A DNA stretch of 64,000 nt, from IMG/VR virus record IMGVR_UViG_3300009095_000010, positions 1 through 64,000 of that record, one strand, 5' to 3'. Numbering within the stretch: position 1 is the first letter of the stretch; each line of letters opens with the position of its first letter. Both the position numbers and the translations under genes were made by a program. The notes beneath the pieces are model-generated. The model ran no database searches. It saw only the letters and a program-made list of their open reading frames with translations, and had not been told where the DNA came from. Below are positions 18,107 to 26,725 of this stretch, piece by piece. The stretch is from a virus. Lineage: Duplodnaviria > Caudoviricetes.

Positions 18107-21100
18107 TTAGAACTTAAGTCCTTTCTTGTTGAAGTAATCATCAAAGAAGCCCCTGATGTCTGATCCACCAGACTTCTGGAATTCAGAAGCAGATGGCAGA
18201 ATTACCTGACCGGACTCAAGAAGCCCTACTGTTGGTACGGAAGCTTTCTTGGACATTGACGGCTGCTTATCGAGCATTCTCTTGAATGAATCAAAACCAG
18301 CATCATTCCACTTCATGATATCACCAACTTGTGAATCAACCTGCGCCTCAGAAATAAGACCCTTAGAAACCATCTGGTTAGCAAGCTCATAAGCTCTCTT
18401 TACCTGACCTTTGTAAGAATTTAAATCCTCAGCCTGCTTTGCCTGTGTATGCTCTTGTGTAAGCTTGGTTGCAAACTCTGAAGACTCAGAATCTTTTGCC
18501 TCGCCCCACATTGCCTTCCAGTACTTGACAGCATCTGGATCAACATTGTGTGATACAAGCTGATCAACATCCTCTGCACGCATGCGACCTTCAGAAACAA
18601 GTCTCTGAATCATCTCTGCCTGCTTGCGAACGCGAGGAGCCATGTTTGCCAGATCCATCATAGAATCTTTTAGGTCCTTGTATACATGGAACGCGGAACC
18701 TGGAACTGTTGGTTTTACATCCAAATTACCTGCGTTGAAAGCATCAACACTTCCGCCTGGGTGAGCCTGATCGGATAGATCGTTGAACCCAAGAAGACCC
18801 TGCTGAGCCAGCTTGACACGAGCTGCTGCTCGTTCTGCCTTACTTGCAACGACTTTACCGTCTTTTAGCTCTCCCACCTTATCTCCTGATTCTGTTACAA
18901 CATCCAAGTCATCTGTATCTTCATCGGATGCTTTTTTAGCCTTTTTGTCCTCTTTGTCTTTCTTCTCGTCCTTCTTATCTTTCTTCTCTTCTTTCTTGTC
19001 CTTTTTATCATCTTTCTTTTCTTCTTCTTTCTTTGCCTTCTTGGCAAGGGACTCAACAAAAGCAGAGATTTCACTCTCAATATTGGAAGCGGTTGCTACC
19101 TTCTTTGGAGCGCTCTTATTTGTAGACGCACGCTTCTCAAGCTCTGCTGTTGCGTAAGCATACTTCACAACAGAATCCATAAGCTTGTTTGTATCGCTCA
19201 GCATTGCACGAGCATCCTTCACAGCATCAATTGTGAGGCTATTTACAGAGTCACGCTGCTCTTCTGTCAAAGAAGCATAAGCCTCTTTGTAAACTCTCTT
19301 TGCTGCTTTGAGTTCATGAACATGCTTTGCAAGAGTGATGATAGTCTCTTTAATTCCATCCTGAAGCATTGCATTTACACGCTTGCGCATACCCTGAAGC
19401 TGTGCAGCACTCTTTGGAAGCTCTCCGCCAGGAGCGAACTCCTCATCACCAGCAGGAGCAACACCTTCCAAATCTCCTGCGTCTTCAGCAACAGGACCAC
19501 TGACCTTGTCACGAAGATCGCTAAGCTTTCCTTCCATCTCATCAATAAGAGACTCAAGATCTTCAACGATTTCATCTGGCTCGCCAACTCCACCACCTAC
19601 ATCTTCTGGTGGCTCAAGAGCATCCATACCCGCTGGAGGTGCGGCGTCCATTGCTGGAGCAGCCGGAGGTGCAGCTGGCATTGGAGCCTGTGCGCTCTTT
19701 AGAAGGGCAGAAGCTGTTGCATGGAAACCCTCGCTCTGAATTCTGTTCAGAAGAGACTTACCAAAACGCTCTGTTGCCACAGCATCATATAGGGAGTCAG
19801 CATTACCTTTGGTAATCTGATCTACTGTTGCTGCGAGAATTGGCTTCTCATTTGCAAGAACAACCCAACGAGAAGCTGATCTGTCAATTCGACCATCTGG
19901 CTGTGCAACCTTCTCAAAACGAGCACGGAGAGATGCACGAGAAAGCATTTCCTTGGTCTTCATATCATCGCCATACAGACCCTCTACATCACCTACACCT
20001 GGGAAAGGTGCTGGTCCGTGAAGATTCTTATCATCAAGACGAGCCTTTTCATTCAAAGGATCTGGTTTGTATGTTGTTTGACCTGGCTTTGGATCTTCCG
20101 TTCCCAAGAGGTAAGCCTCTTTCTTGTTCTGCTTGAGCTGCTCTTTTGCTTTCTTGAGAGCTGCTTCGCGGAACATTGCGCGTTCGTGCTCACTAGCAAG
20201 ACGCTGCAAATCCTTCTTTGTCTGCTCGTCACCTGGGTAAGATCCTTCAATATCACCCACACCTGGGAAAGGTGATGGTCCATGTAGGTTCTTGTCCATC
20301 ATACGGGCCTTCTCATTCAAAGGATCGACTGGGTACTGTTTCTGTCCCGGTTTTGGTTCCTCTGTGCCTAGATAATATGCTTCTTTTGTCGTCATGGTTG
20401 GTTCCTCATTACTTGTAGAAAGTCTATGTAGATTCTCCTGTAGGCTAGCTAGTTTCGTTTGTGCTCCCAAAATTGCCCTTTGAAGCTCTGAGGCATAAGT
20501 TGGGAACGCCTCAGGAGCATTTACCTGTGTCGATGAATTGTGGCTAACCTCGCTCTCCATCGACCATCTTGAGTGAGTCGGACCAACCGCATCACTCTCA
20601 TCATTTTTATCACTAGCTATCTCACCGGCAATTGACTGAATTCTCTCGGTAAGACTCGTTAGGTCTTTCTTGATAGATTCCAAATCTTGCGTAGAAACTT
20701 CTTTGGCTGCTTCTTTGAGTTGCAAATAATCCGAAAGCAATGCTGCTGCCTTCTCTATATCAGAGGCAATAATATGCTTTACCTTTGCTTTCGGATCTGC
20801 TCCGGAAACAACCAGAGAAAGTTCAATTGGAGATAGATCTAGGTTAATTTCGCCATAACAGCTCTTGGCTCTCATGTGATGGCAGAAATCCCTCTCGGTT
20901 CTAGCAACTGTGTGACAGTCTGTACAAACAGCACGACCAACAGCAGTACCCATAGATACATTGTTGGCCACTCCAGTTTTAACCTTGTCAGCAAGATCTC
21001 CGTAATTCTTCGCATCCAGTGCGCACAAAGCTATAACTCTTTTGCGCCTGTCATCGTAAACGGTATCTACAATAACGCCTCGAATTTTATCAACCGATTG

Positions 21101-21508
21101 AGATTGATGATCGAGGCATAGTGGGCGACCAACCCAATTCTTGTAAGCTACCTTTAATTCTGACTCTGGAAAGATGTCACGATTGTTATTTCTATAAGGT
21201 TGGATGCGCGGATCATTGCATGTCCACTTTATACCCTCGCCTACCTTCTCCCAGGTGGCAGAAACATCTTCACCATTTGATAGCTTTTTTGGAGTGCCAT
21301 CATCGTTAATGCATGAAGCTTCCGCTGCGTGCATCATAACACAAGTAAAATACAAAAAGTCTTTTGCCTGAGGAGCAATAACCTTTAACTCCTGAGCAAA
21401 CTTACGCATGCGGTTTTCAATGTTCAAATCAAAATCACCAGCAAGCTTATCTATTGGCTGTATATCTTCTGGTCTAATAGAAACTGCTTCACCTAATTTG
21501 ATTAGCAT
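18107..21508 (-). CDS. Prohead protease fused to a long scaffold protein
   Basis: N-terminal HK97/herpes-type serine protease features (LCLDH...IRGVIVD...VSMG...PIELSLV) with a CxxC...CxH Zn insert; then ~850 aa of coiled-coil, repeat and charged sequence. Confidence 0.8.
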   Translation of the reverse strand: MLIKLGEAVSIRPEDIQPIDKLAGDFDLNIENRMRKFAQELKVIAPQAKDFLYFTCVMMHAAEASCINDDGTPKKLSNGEDVSATWEKVGEGIKWTCNDPRIQPYRNNNRDIFPESELKVAYKNWVGRPLCLDHQSQSVDKIRGVIVDTVYDDRRKRVIALCALDAKNYGDLADKVKTGVANNVSMGTAVGRAVCTDCHTVARTERDFCHHMRAKSCYGEINLDLSPIELSLVVSGADPKAKVKHIIASDIEKAAALLSDYLQLKEAAKEVSTQDLESIKKDLTSLTERIQSIAGEIASDKNDESDAVGPTHSRWSMESEVSHNSSTQVNAPEAFPTYASELQRAILGAQTKLASLQENLHRLSTSNEEPTMTTKEAYYLGTEEPKPGQKQYPVDPLNEKARMMDKNLHGPSPFPGVGDIEGSYPGDEQTKKDLQRLASEHERAMFREAALKKAKEQLKQNKKEAYLLGTEDPKPGQTTYKPDPLNEKARLDDKNLHGPAPFPGVGDVEGLYGDDMKTKEMLSRASLRARFEKVAQPDGRIDRSASRWVVLANEKPILAATVDQITKGNADSLYDAVATERFGKSLLNRIQSEGFHATASALLKSAQAPMPAAPPAAPAMDAAPPAGMDALEPPEDVGGGVGEPDEIVEDLESLIDEMEGKLSDLRDKVSGPVAEDAGDLEGVAPAGDEEFAPGGELPKSAAQLQGMRKRVNAMLQDGIKETIITLAKHVHELKAAKRVYKEAYASLTEEQRDSVNSLTIDAVKDARAMLSDTNKLMDSVVKYAYATAELEKRASTNKSAPKKVATASNIESEISAFVESLAKKAKKEEEKKDDKKDKKEEKKDKKDEKKDKEDKKAKKASDEDTDDLDVVTESGDKVGELKDGKVVASKAERAAARVKLAQQGLLGFNDLSDQAHPGGSVDAFNAGNLDVKPTVPGSAFHVYKDLKDSMMDLANMAPRVRKQAEMIQRLVSEGRMRAEDVDQLVSHNVDPDAVKYWKAMWGEAKDSESSEFATKLTQEHTQAKQAEDLNSYKGQVKRAYELANQMVSKGLISEAQVDSQVGDIMKWNDAGFDSFKRMLDKQPSMSKKASVPTVGLLESGQVILPSASEFQKSGGSDIRGFFDDYFNKKGLKF

Positions 21509-21669
21509 TAGTTCTCCGTTTTATCCTGTGTTGACTTGGAACCATTACTGACAAGTTCCTTTGCCTTATCTAGAGCTGTAGCGAGAACACTCGGACGGCT
21601 CTTTTCACTCTTGACCTCTTCTGGGTCAACGACATTAAGAATTTCTGCATCACCTGTTTTTATTAGCAT
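21508..21669 (-). CDS. 53-aa protein whose N-terminus resembles that of the protease (not in ORF track)
   Basis: GGAG SD, ATG at 21669: MLIKTGDAEILNVVDPEEV...KTEN*; its TAA overlaps the protease ATG (TAATG). Confidence 0.7.
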   Translation of the reverse strand: MLIKTGDAEILNVVDPEEVKSEKSRPSVLATALDKAKELVSNGSKSTQDKTEN

Positions 21670-21686
21670 GTCATCTCCAAACTATC

Positions 21687-22310
21687 TTACATGTTTTGTA
21701 ACGCCTTCTGTCTCTCTTTGAATAACTGAACTACAAGAGGTGAGCTTTCCTGAAGGGGTTCATCATTATCTGAAAGATCTTTCGCCCAATCTTTTGCCAA
21801 AATATTACTGTCTATATGATCCATAACCCTATCAGTAATTAATTGACGCATCTGGCTGACCTGTTTCTTAATAGAGTCAATTGTAGAGATCAGATAATTA
21901 CGAAATTCCTGGCTACTTAGATTCGAAAATATTGACACAAATGTATCAATATATTTTTCAAGTTCTCTAATCGAACCAATAAAAGAGTTCATAAGCTCTT
22001 CTGTAGCTGTATCCGTGCTAAATTCGTTCATCAACGATATGGTTTGGTATGACTTTTTTGTGATGTCTTCGAACTTCTTTTTGACCTGATCCCTATATTC
22101 TCGGAACGTTTTTCTGTATTCAGTTACCATTTCCATATCCACATTTTGATATTTGGAAAAAGGAACATAAATAAGATCAAGGTATTCAATAGCTTCCTGC
22201 ATCATAACAACGAGCTGCTCAAGATACTCTTCCGCCTTTTCCGCAACTCTTTTCTCAGAGTCAGGTACATCAAAGTTCATTTGTATTGAATAAGCTTTTT
22301 TATCAACCAT
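21687..22310 (-). CDS. Hypothetical helical head protein
   Basis: 207 aa; starts MVDKKAY. Confidence 0.65.
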   Translation of the reverse strand: MVDKKAYSIQMNFDVPDSEKRVAEKAEEYLEQLVVMMQEAIEYLDLIYVPFSKYQNVDMEMVTEYRKTFREYRDQVKKKFEDITKKSYQTISLMNEFSTDTATEELMNSFIGSIRELEKYIDTFVSIFSNLSSQEFRNYLISTIDSIKKQVSQMRQLITDRVMDHIDSNILAKDWAKDLSDNDEPLQESSPLVVQLFKERQKALQNM

Positions 22311-22338
22311 AGTATAACACTATACCTGTTTATTCATA

Positions 22339-23385
22339 TCAAACTTGACCCTGCCCAGAATAAGGGAGCTGGACCACTCCGGCTGCCCCGTCAGGCATGC
22401 CCCCAATCCCAGAACCAGAACCGGGATAAGCGAACGTATAATCTGTTGATGTATCTCTCATACCAACATCAACCATATGATTAACATCATCTTCCTCTTT
22501 AATGTTAACAAGTATATTCGGATCTATTACCAAATAAAGACCACCCCTTAAAGCAGCCGCATCAATATCTTTTGTTAATACTTCATGTATCAACCTTTCA
22601 TTTACATGCTTATCAAATCTTTCCAATACAGACCCAGATATTATCGATGCTGAGAAAAGCCTACCACCTTCGTCTGTTGGGTGAAGATTTGCTTGTTCTG
22701 GTGAGGCCCACCAATAAACATTAGGCATCAGGATTTTGGACGATTTGCACCTACAAAAAATACGATTGGAAGCAATTCGACTCAACTGAGAGAACTCTAT
22801 ATCAGCATGTGGAGGCCCGTCTAAGTGTAATTGATATGATTGTGAATAATCATTCATACCGGTTCCAACCGGACCAAAAGAATTCTCATCCCTAGTTTGA
22901 GTAACAATATCCATTATATTGTTAGTATCTTCTTTGTATTCCTTACTAAAATCATATACAGCTTTGTAATATGTCTCTGCGACATCCCGAGGAAGGCCCA
23001 AACCCATTCCAAATTCAGAAGCTTCTTTGATGGCTTTTTTCAAAGGCCAACCATTATAAATACGAAACATCGCAACCGTCATCCCAGTACGATCCTTTCC
23101 ATGCTTACAATGAACATAGGTAGGCCCATCGTGAAGTAATGTAGGTAATATCCTCTTTTTAAGAGCTGCTATCTTTGGATCGTTTCCCTTCCCAAGTCCC
23201 CAAATAATGTGATTGATACCAAGCTCTTTACAAATAGGATCTATATCCTCTCCAATATCCTGATCGAGAGAAACAATCTTTTTGATGCCGTATGCTTTAT
23301 TTAAAAGCTGCACCTCTCGTTGGGTAGGCTCACCTCCACGATACAACCCATCTACAACCTTGGCGAATCTATCAGGCATCACCAT
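22339..23385 (-). CDS. Protein tyrosine/dual-specificity phosphatase with C-terminal extra domain
   Basis: LYRGGEP, KKIVSL and the catalytic CX5R loop YVHCKHGKDRTG; additional ~190-aa C-terminal region. Confidence 0.85.
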   Translation of the reverse strand: MVMPDRFAKVVDGLYRGGEPTQREVQLLNKAYGIKKIVSLDQDIGEDIDPICKELGINHIIWGLGKGNDPKIAALKKRILPTLLHDGPTYVHCKHGKDRTGMTVAMFRIYNGWPLKKAIKEASEFGMGLGLPRDVAETYYKAVYDFSKEYKEDTNNIMDIVTQTRDENSFGPVGTGMNDYSQSYQLHLDGPPHADIEFSQLSRIASNRIFCRCKSSKILMPNVYWWASPEQANLHPTDEGGRLFSASIISGSVLERFDKHVNERLIHEVLTKDIDAAALRGGLYLVIDPNILVNIKEEDDVNHMVDVGMRDTSTDYTFAYPGSGSGIGGMPDGAAGVVQLPYSGQGQV

Positions 23386-23677
23386 CCTTGTAATCAATGG
23401 CTTTCATAGCAACCGTAAGAGCAACCTCCGCCGGATCATCAATATCCTCTATAAGAGCTTCATCAAAAGCATTTTTGAATTCTTTTTGAAATGTCAGGCG
23501 GCGTTCATCATCACCCTTTCTGAGCTTTCTCATAATATATGAATAGCTCAGATCAACCCGAGGGTTCTCGGTATCTGTAGCTGCTGCATAAGCCATAAGC
23601 ATCTTTTTGGTAAGCCTATCATTACCAAGCATTCTTAGGTCTTTGCAGAGCGCTGCCAATTCCTTTTCTACACTCAT
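23372..23677 (-). CDS. Hypothetical head protein
   Basis: 101 aa; N-terminal LAALCKDLRMLG helical module; coupled overlaps on both sides. Confidence 0.6.
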   Translation of the reverse strand: MSVEKELAALCKDLRMLGNDRLTKKMLMAYAAATDTENPRVDLSYSYIMRKLRKGDDERRLTFQKEFKNAFDEALIEDIDDPAEVALTVAMKAIDYKDGDA

Positions 23678-23988
23678 TTATTATTTCCCTGGAACAGGTG
23701 TGTTATTTGTGAGTTTCCATTTTTTTCTACTATTGCAATAATTCCCCAACAATTAACCATAACCTCTCTCACATATGAATTGGATGGTGTTTTAATTTCG
23801 CACTCAAGAAATAACACCATACCTTTTGCGGAAAGAACCTTTCCTTCCAAATACATTTTTTGTTCAATATCAAAATCAGAATAGTGTGTGGAACCCGCCG
23901 TTTCTCCAAAATATATCTGAATGTACTTTCCGAGATATTTTTCAGCAATAGCTTGAGCTATTGTATATTCATGATCAGCTACACCCAT
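23674..23988 (-). CDS. Small beta-barrel (possibly Sm-like) hypothetical protein
   Basis: YLGKYIQIY...LEGKVLSAKGMVLFLE...VMVNCWGIIAIV pattern. Confidence 0.45.
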   Translation of the reverse strand: MGVADHEYTIAQAIAEKYLGKYIQIYFGETAGSTHYSDFDIEQKMYLEGKVLSAKGMVLFLECEIKTPSNSYVREVMVNCWGIIAIVEKNGNSQITHLFQGNNK

Positions 23989-23991
23989 ACA

Positions 23992-25473
23992 TTATCTCCA
24001 ATAATCAAAAGCAACCTTTCTAAAGCTATCATCTAGAACTTTTGATTCTGCAAGAGCTAAAGATGATTTTCCAGGAAGTACATCCACGTCAACACCAACT
24101 CCAAAAGAATGTACAAACTTATCAGCTAAATACGTAGATATGCCTTGTACAGCTGGAACGCTAGCCACCTTAGAGCCCAATACAGAAACCTGTACCTGAA
24201 CCTCATCACCCTCGTTTCGAACAGAGCTTTCAGCATCTATCTCTTGACGAAGAGCGCTTGAAAGAACTTTTGCAAAACGTACCTTATGATGAAACGTTTG
24301 ACCACTCACAGTAATGACAACATCCGTCTTTGGTAATGTTTTTTCTAATATTGCTTTTCTAATAATCTTAGAAAGAGGACCACTAGCAAAAATACCAATA
24401 TCATCAACCTCACCCTCATCTTTTTGTAGTTCTGGCGGCTTAGGTTGTGGCTCGGGTTCAGGTACTGGTTGTTCTATTTTTGGTTGATTGACAGATTGAG
24501 CTAGCTCAATCAATTGCGCAGATGATTCTGGAGTTGGCTCGATCATATCTACCTTTCCTAATCGAAGGTCATGTGAGCGCCTATTACCGGTAACTGAAAC
24601 AGACATGTCTGTAAGTTCAATTTTACCAAGAGATAGGTCTATACTTCTATCTCCTATTGGAAATGATACTTTTGGACAATACACACGAATCATCATCTCA
24701 TTTGATGGTCTGTGAGTTACTTGCTTAGAGACATCTGGAAAGTCAGCATAGATAAATATAGAGTCATTAAGTATGCTGTACTTTAAATTGTTGATGAATT
24801 CATCAATACCAGAAACAACCAACTGTTTAGATTGTTCTGTAGTAAAATACTTTGAAAACATCTTTGCCAAATTTACAGCTAAGATATTTTTAACAGTACT
24901 TGATTCTCTAATGTTGTTTGGGGAATATTTTCTAAACCAAGGTATTGATGTTATTGGAACCTCAACATTCTTTCGAATTGGAACCTGCTCCTTGAAATCA
25001 TCTGGCAAAAGATCCCATAGAGCTTTCATCAACTCCTGGCTCTGACCGTATCCTTTTGTGGTCCACTCAAGATCTCTTTTTGAAAGATTATGGCCATTCT
25101 CGTCAACATATGATACTGGAATTAATGCATCTACATCTTGAACCTTACGACGGAACTTTCCCATCTTATCAGTTACATTTGTAATAGTAGTTGGCATCTG
25201 ACCAGAAAGTCTAGCTACAGTATCTGGATCTTGACTCTTGAATGCTTTCTCTAAATCTTGTAGATTTCTAATTAAGTCAGATAGCGGACTTTCAAGCTCA
25301 TTATACACATCTTCAAGCTCTTCTTGTTGTTGAGCAAACTCTGGATTGAATTTAGCTTTCCACCAATTCTTGATGCGCTTAACGACACCAGCAACACGAA
25401 CAAAATTCTGCTCATTGCCTTGAATTTCAAGAGCAGCTGTTCTTAGTATTTGGTAATCATTATCATCAAACAT
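23992..25473 (-). CDS. Hypothetical head protein
   Basis: 493-aa ORF; LRTAA, VRVAG and RKVAF motifs. Confidence 0.6.
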   Translation of the reverse strand: MFDDNDYQILRTAALEIQGNEQNFVRVAGVVKRIKNWWKAKFNPEFAQQQEELEDVYNELESPLSDLIRNLQDLEKAFKSQDPDTVARLSGQMPTTITNVTDKMGKFRRKVQDVDALIPVSYVDENGHNLSKRDLEWTTKGYGQSQELMKALWDLLPDDFKEQVPIRKNVEVPITSIPWFRKYSPNNIRESSTVKNILAVNLAKMFSKYFTTEQSKQLVVSGIDEFINNLKYSILNDSIFIYADFPDVSKQVTHRPSNEMMIRVYCPKVSFPIGDRSIDLSLGKIELTDMSVSVTGNRRSHDLRLGKVDMIEPTPESSAQLIELAQSVNQPKIEQPVPEPEPQPKPPELQKDEGEVDDIGIFASGPLSKIIRKAILEKTLPKTDVVITVSGQTFHHKVRFAKVLSSALRQEIDAESSVRNEGDEVQVQVSVLGSKVASVPAVQGISTYLADKFVHSFGVGVDVDVLPGKSSLALAESKVLDDSFRKVAFDYWR

Positions 25474-25477
25474 AAAA

Positions 25478-26683
25478 TCACTTAGTCAAAGATTGTGCAA
25501 GTTCAAGAATTCTTGTGCTAGCTACTTCAGCTCCAAAGTCATCACAAATTTCAGAAGCTCTTGCTAACAAAGCAATAGCTACACCCCTCTGACCAGAAGC
25601 CAAAGAAACCTTTGAACGATCTATAAGATTAACAATTTCGGAAGCTGCAACATGCTGCTGTTCAAGCTCTTCCTCTGTTTGTGGTTGAGAAAAATCAAAT
25701 GACAACTGTTGAGATTCTGGTTGAGAGAAATCAAACGATTCCTGTTGAGGAACCATATCCGGATCAACAACTAAGTCATCAGTTCCAACCTCAATATCTC
25801 CAGGTGCTTCTGAAGAAGTTTCTGATTGAACTTCTTGCACTTCCTCTTTAGGCCTCTCCTCTTCTTTAGGAGGTACTTCAGGAATAATATGGGAAAAGTG
25901 TTCTTTATAAAGACTTGATAATGTTTGAACTTCTTGATCAAACATATTCTTTGCTTTATTAGCCTCGTCGATATAAGTGCTAAAATCAGTTCTACTTGCA
26001 TCTAGTTTATCAAAGACATTCTTGATGGATGCGTAGGCTCTCTCGGCAATTCGCATAGCTTGACGCGCAGCCTCTCTTTGTTTGTGGGCTTTATTTCTAA
26101 AAACCCTATCCATAAGATCAACTTTCATTCCTTCAAAAGAAGGAATATTTTCTTTGATCCATTGAACAGGCCCAGCCTCACTAATCAATTCAGCCTTTGT
26201 AATTAGATCTGCATCTGGTACCGCAGCTGCATACAAAAGCATTTCCATCTTTGCGGCTTTAGGAAATTGAATCTTGTCCTTCAAAGGCTTCTGTTTTCCA
26301 AGAGCCTGATCCATCTCTCTAACCTGAGAGGGTAAAAGCTCTGTCTTCCCATACTGCTCTTTGAGATACTTTTCTTTGAGTCTATTAAGAGAATCAACCT
26401 GATCAAAAACACCATCAATAGAGCTTACAATTTTCCATGCATAGTAAACAACAGAAGGAAACTTACGTTGCTTCATAGCCATACGAGCCTCATGAACAAG
26501 TTCGCGAAGCTCATCTTTTTGACCTAGAGCCTTTTCACGCATAGAAGAATCAATAACTTCGATTTCATCGAACATCTCTCTGTATTCTTCAGACCCATAG
26601 TATCTAGCGTACTCCATGGGATTGATGGATCTTCCAATCTGCCTTACAACAGATCTTCTCTGTGCATATTTATCGGTACTCAT
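25478..26683 (-). CDS. Hypothetical head protein downstream of portal
   Basis: 401 aa; starts MSTDKYAQ; helical, with an SFDFSQP repeat. Confidence 0.6.
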   Translation of the reverse strand: MSTDKYAQRRSVVRQIGRSINPMEYARYYGSEEYREMFDEIEVIDSSMREKALGQKDELRELVHEARMAMKQRKFPSVVYYAWKIVSSIDGVFDQVDSLNRLKEKYLKEQYGKTELLPSQVREMDQALGKQKPLKDKIQFPKAAKMEMLLYAAAVPDADLITKAELISEAGPVQWIKENIPSFEGMKVDLMDRVFRNKAHKQREAARQAMRIAERAYASIKNVFDKLDASRTDFSTYIDEANKAKNMFDQEVQTLSSLYKEHFSHIIPEVPPKEEERPKEEVQEVQSETSSEAPGDIEVGTDDLVVDPDMVPQQESFDFSQPESQQLSFDFSQPQTEEELEQQHVAASEIVNLIDRSKVSLASGQRGVAIALLARASEICDDFGAEVASTRILELAQSLTK

Positions 26684-26725
26684 AAACTCTCCAGTGTCTA
26701 TCTAAGAAGTCAAAATATGCGCTGC

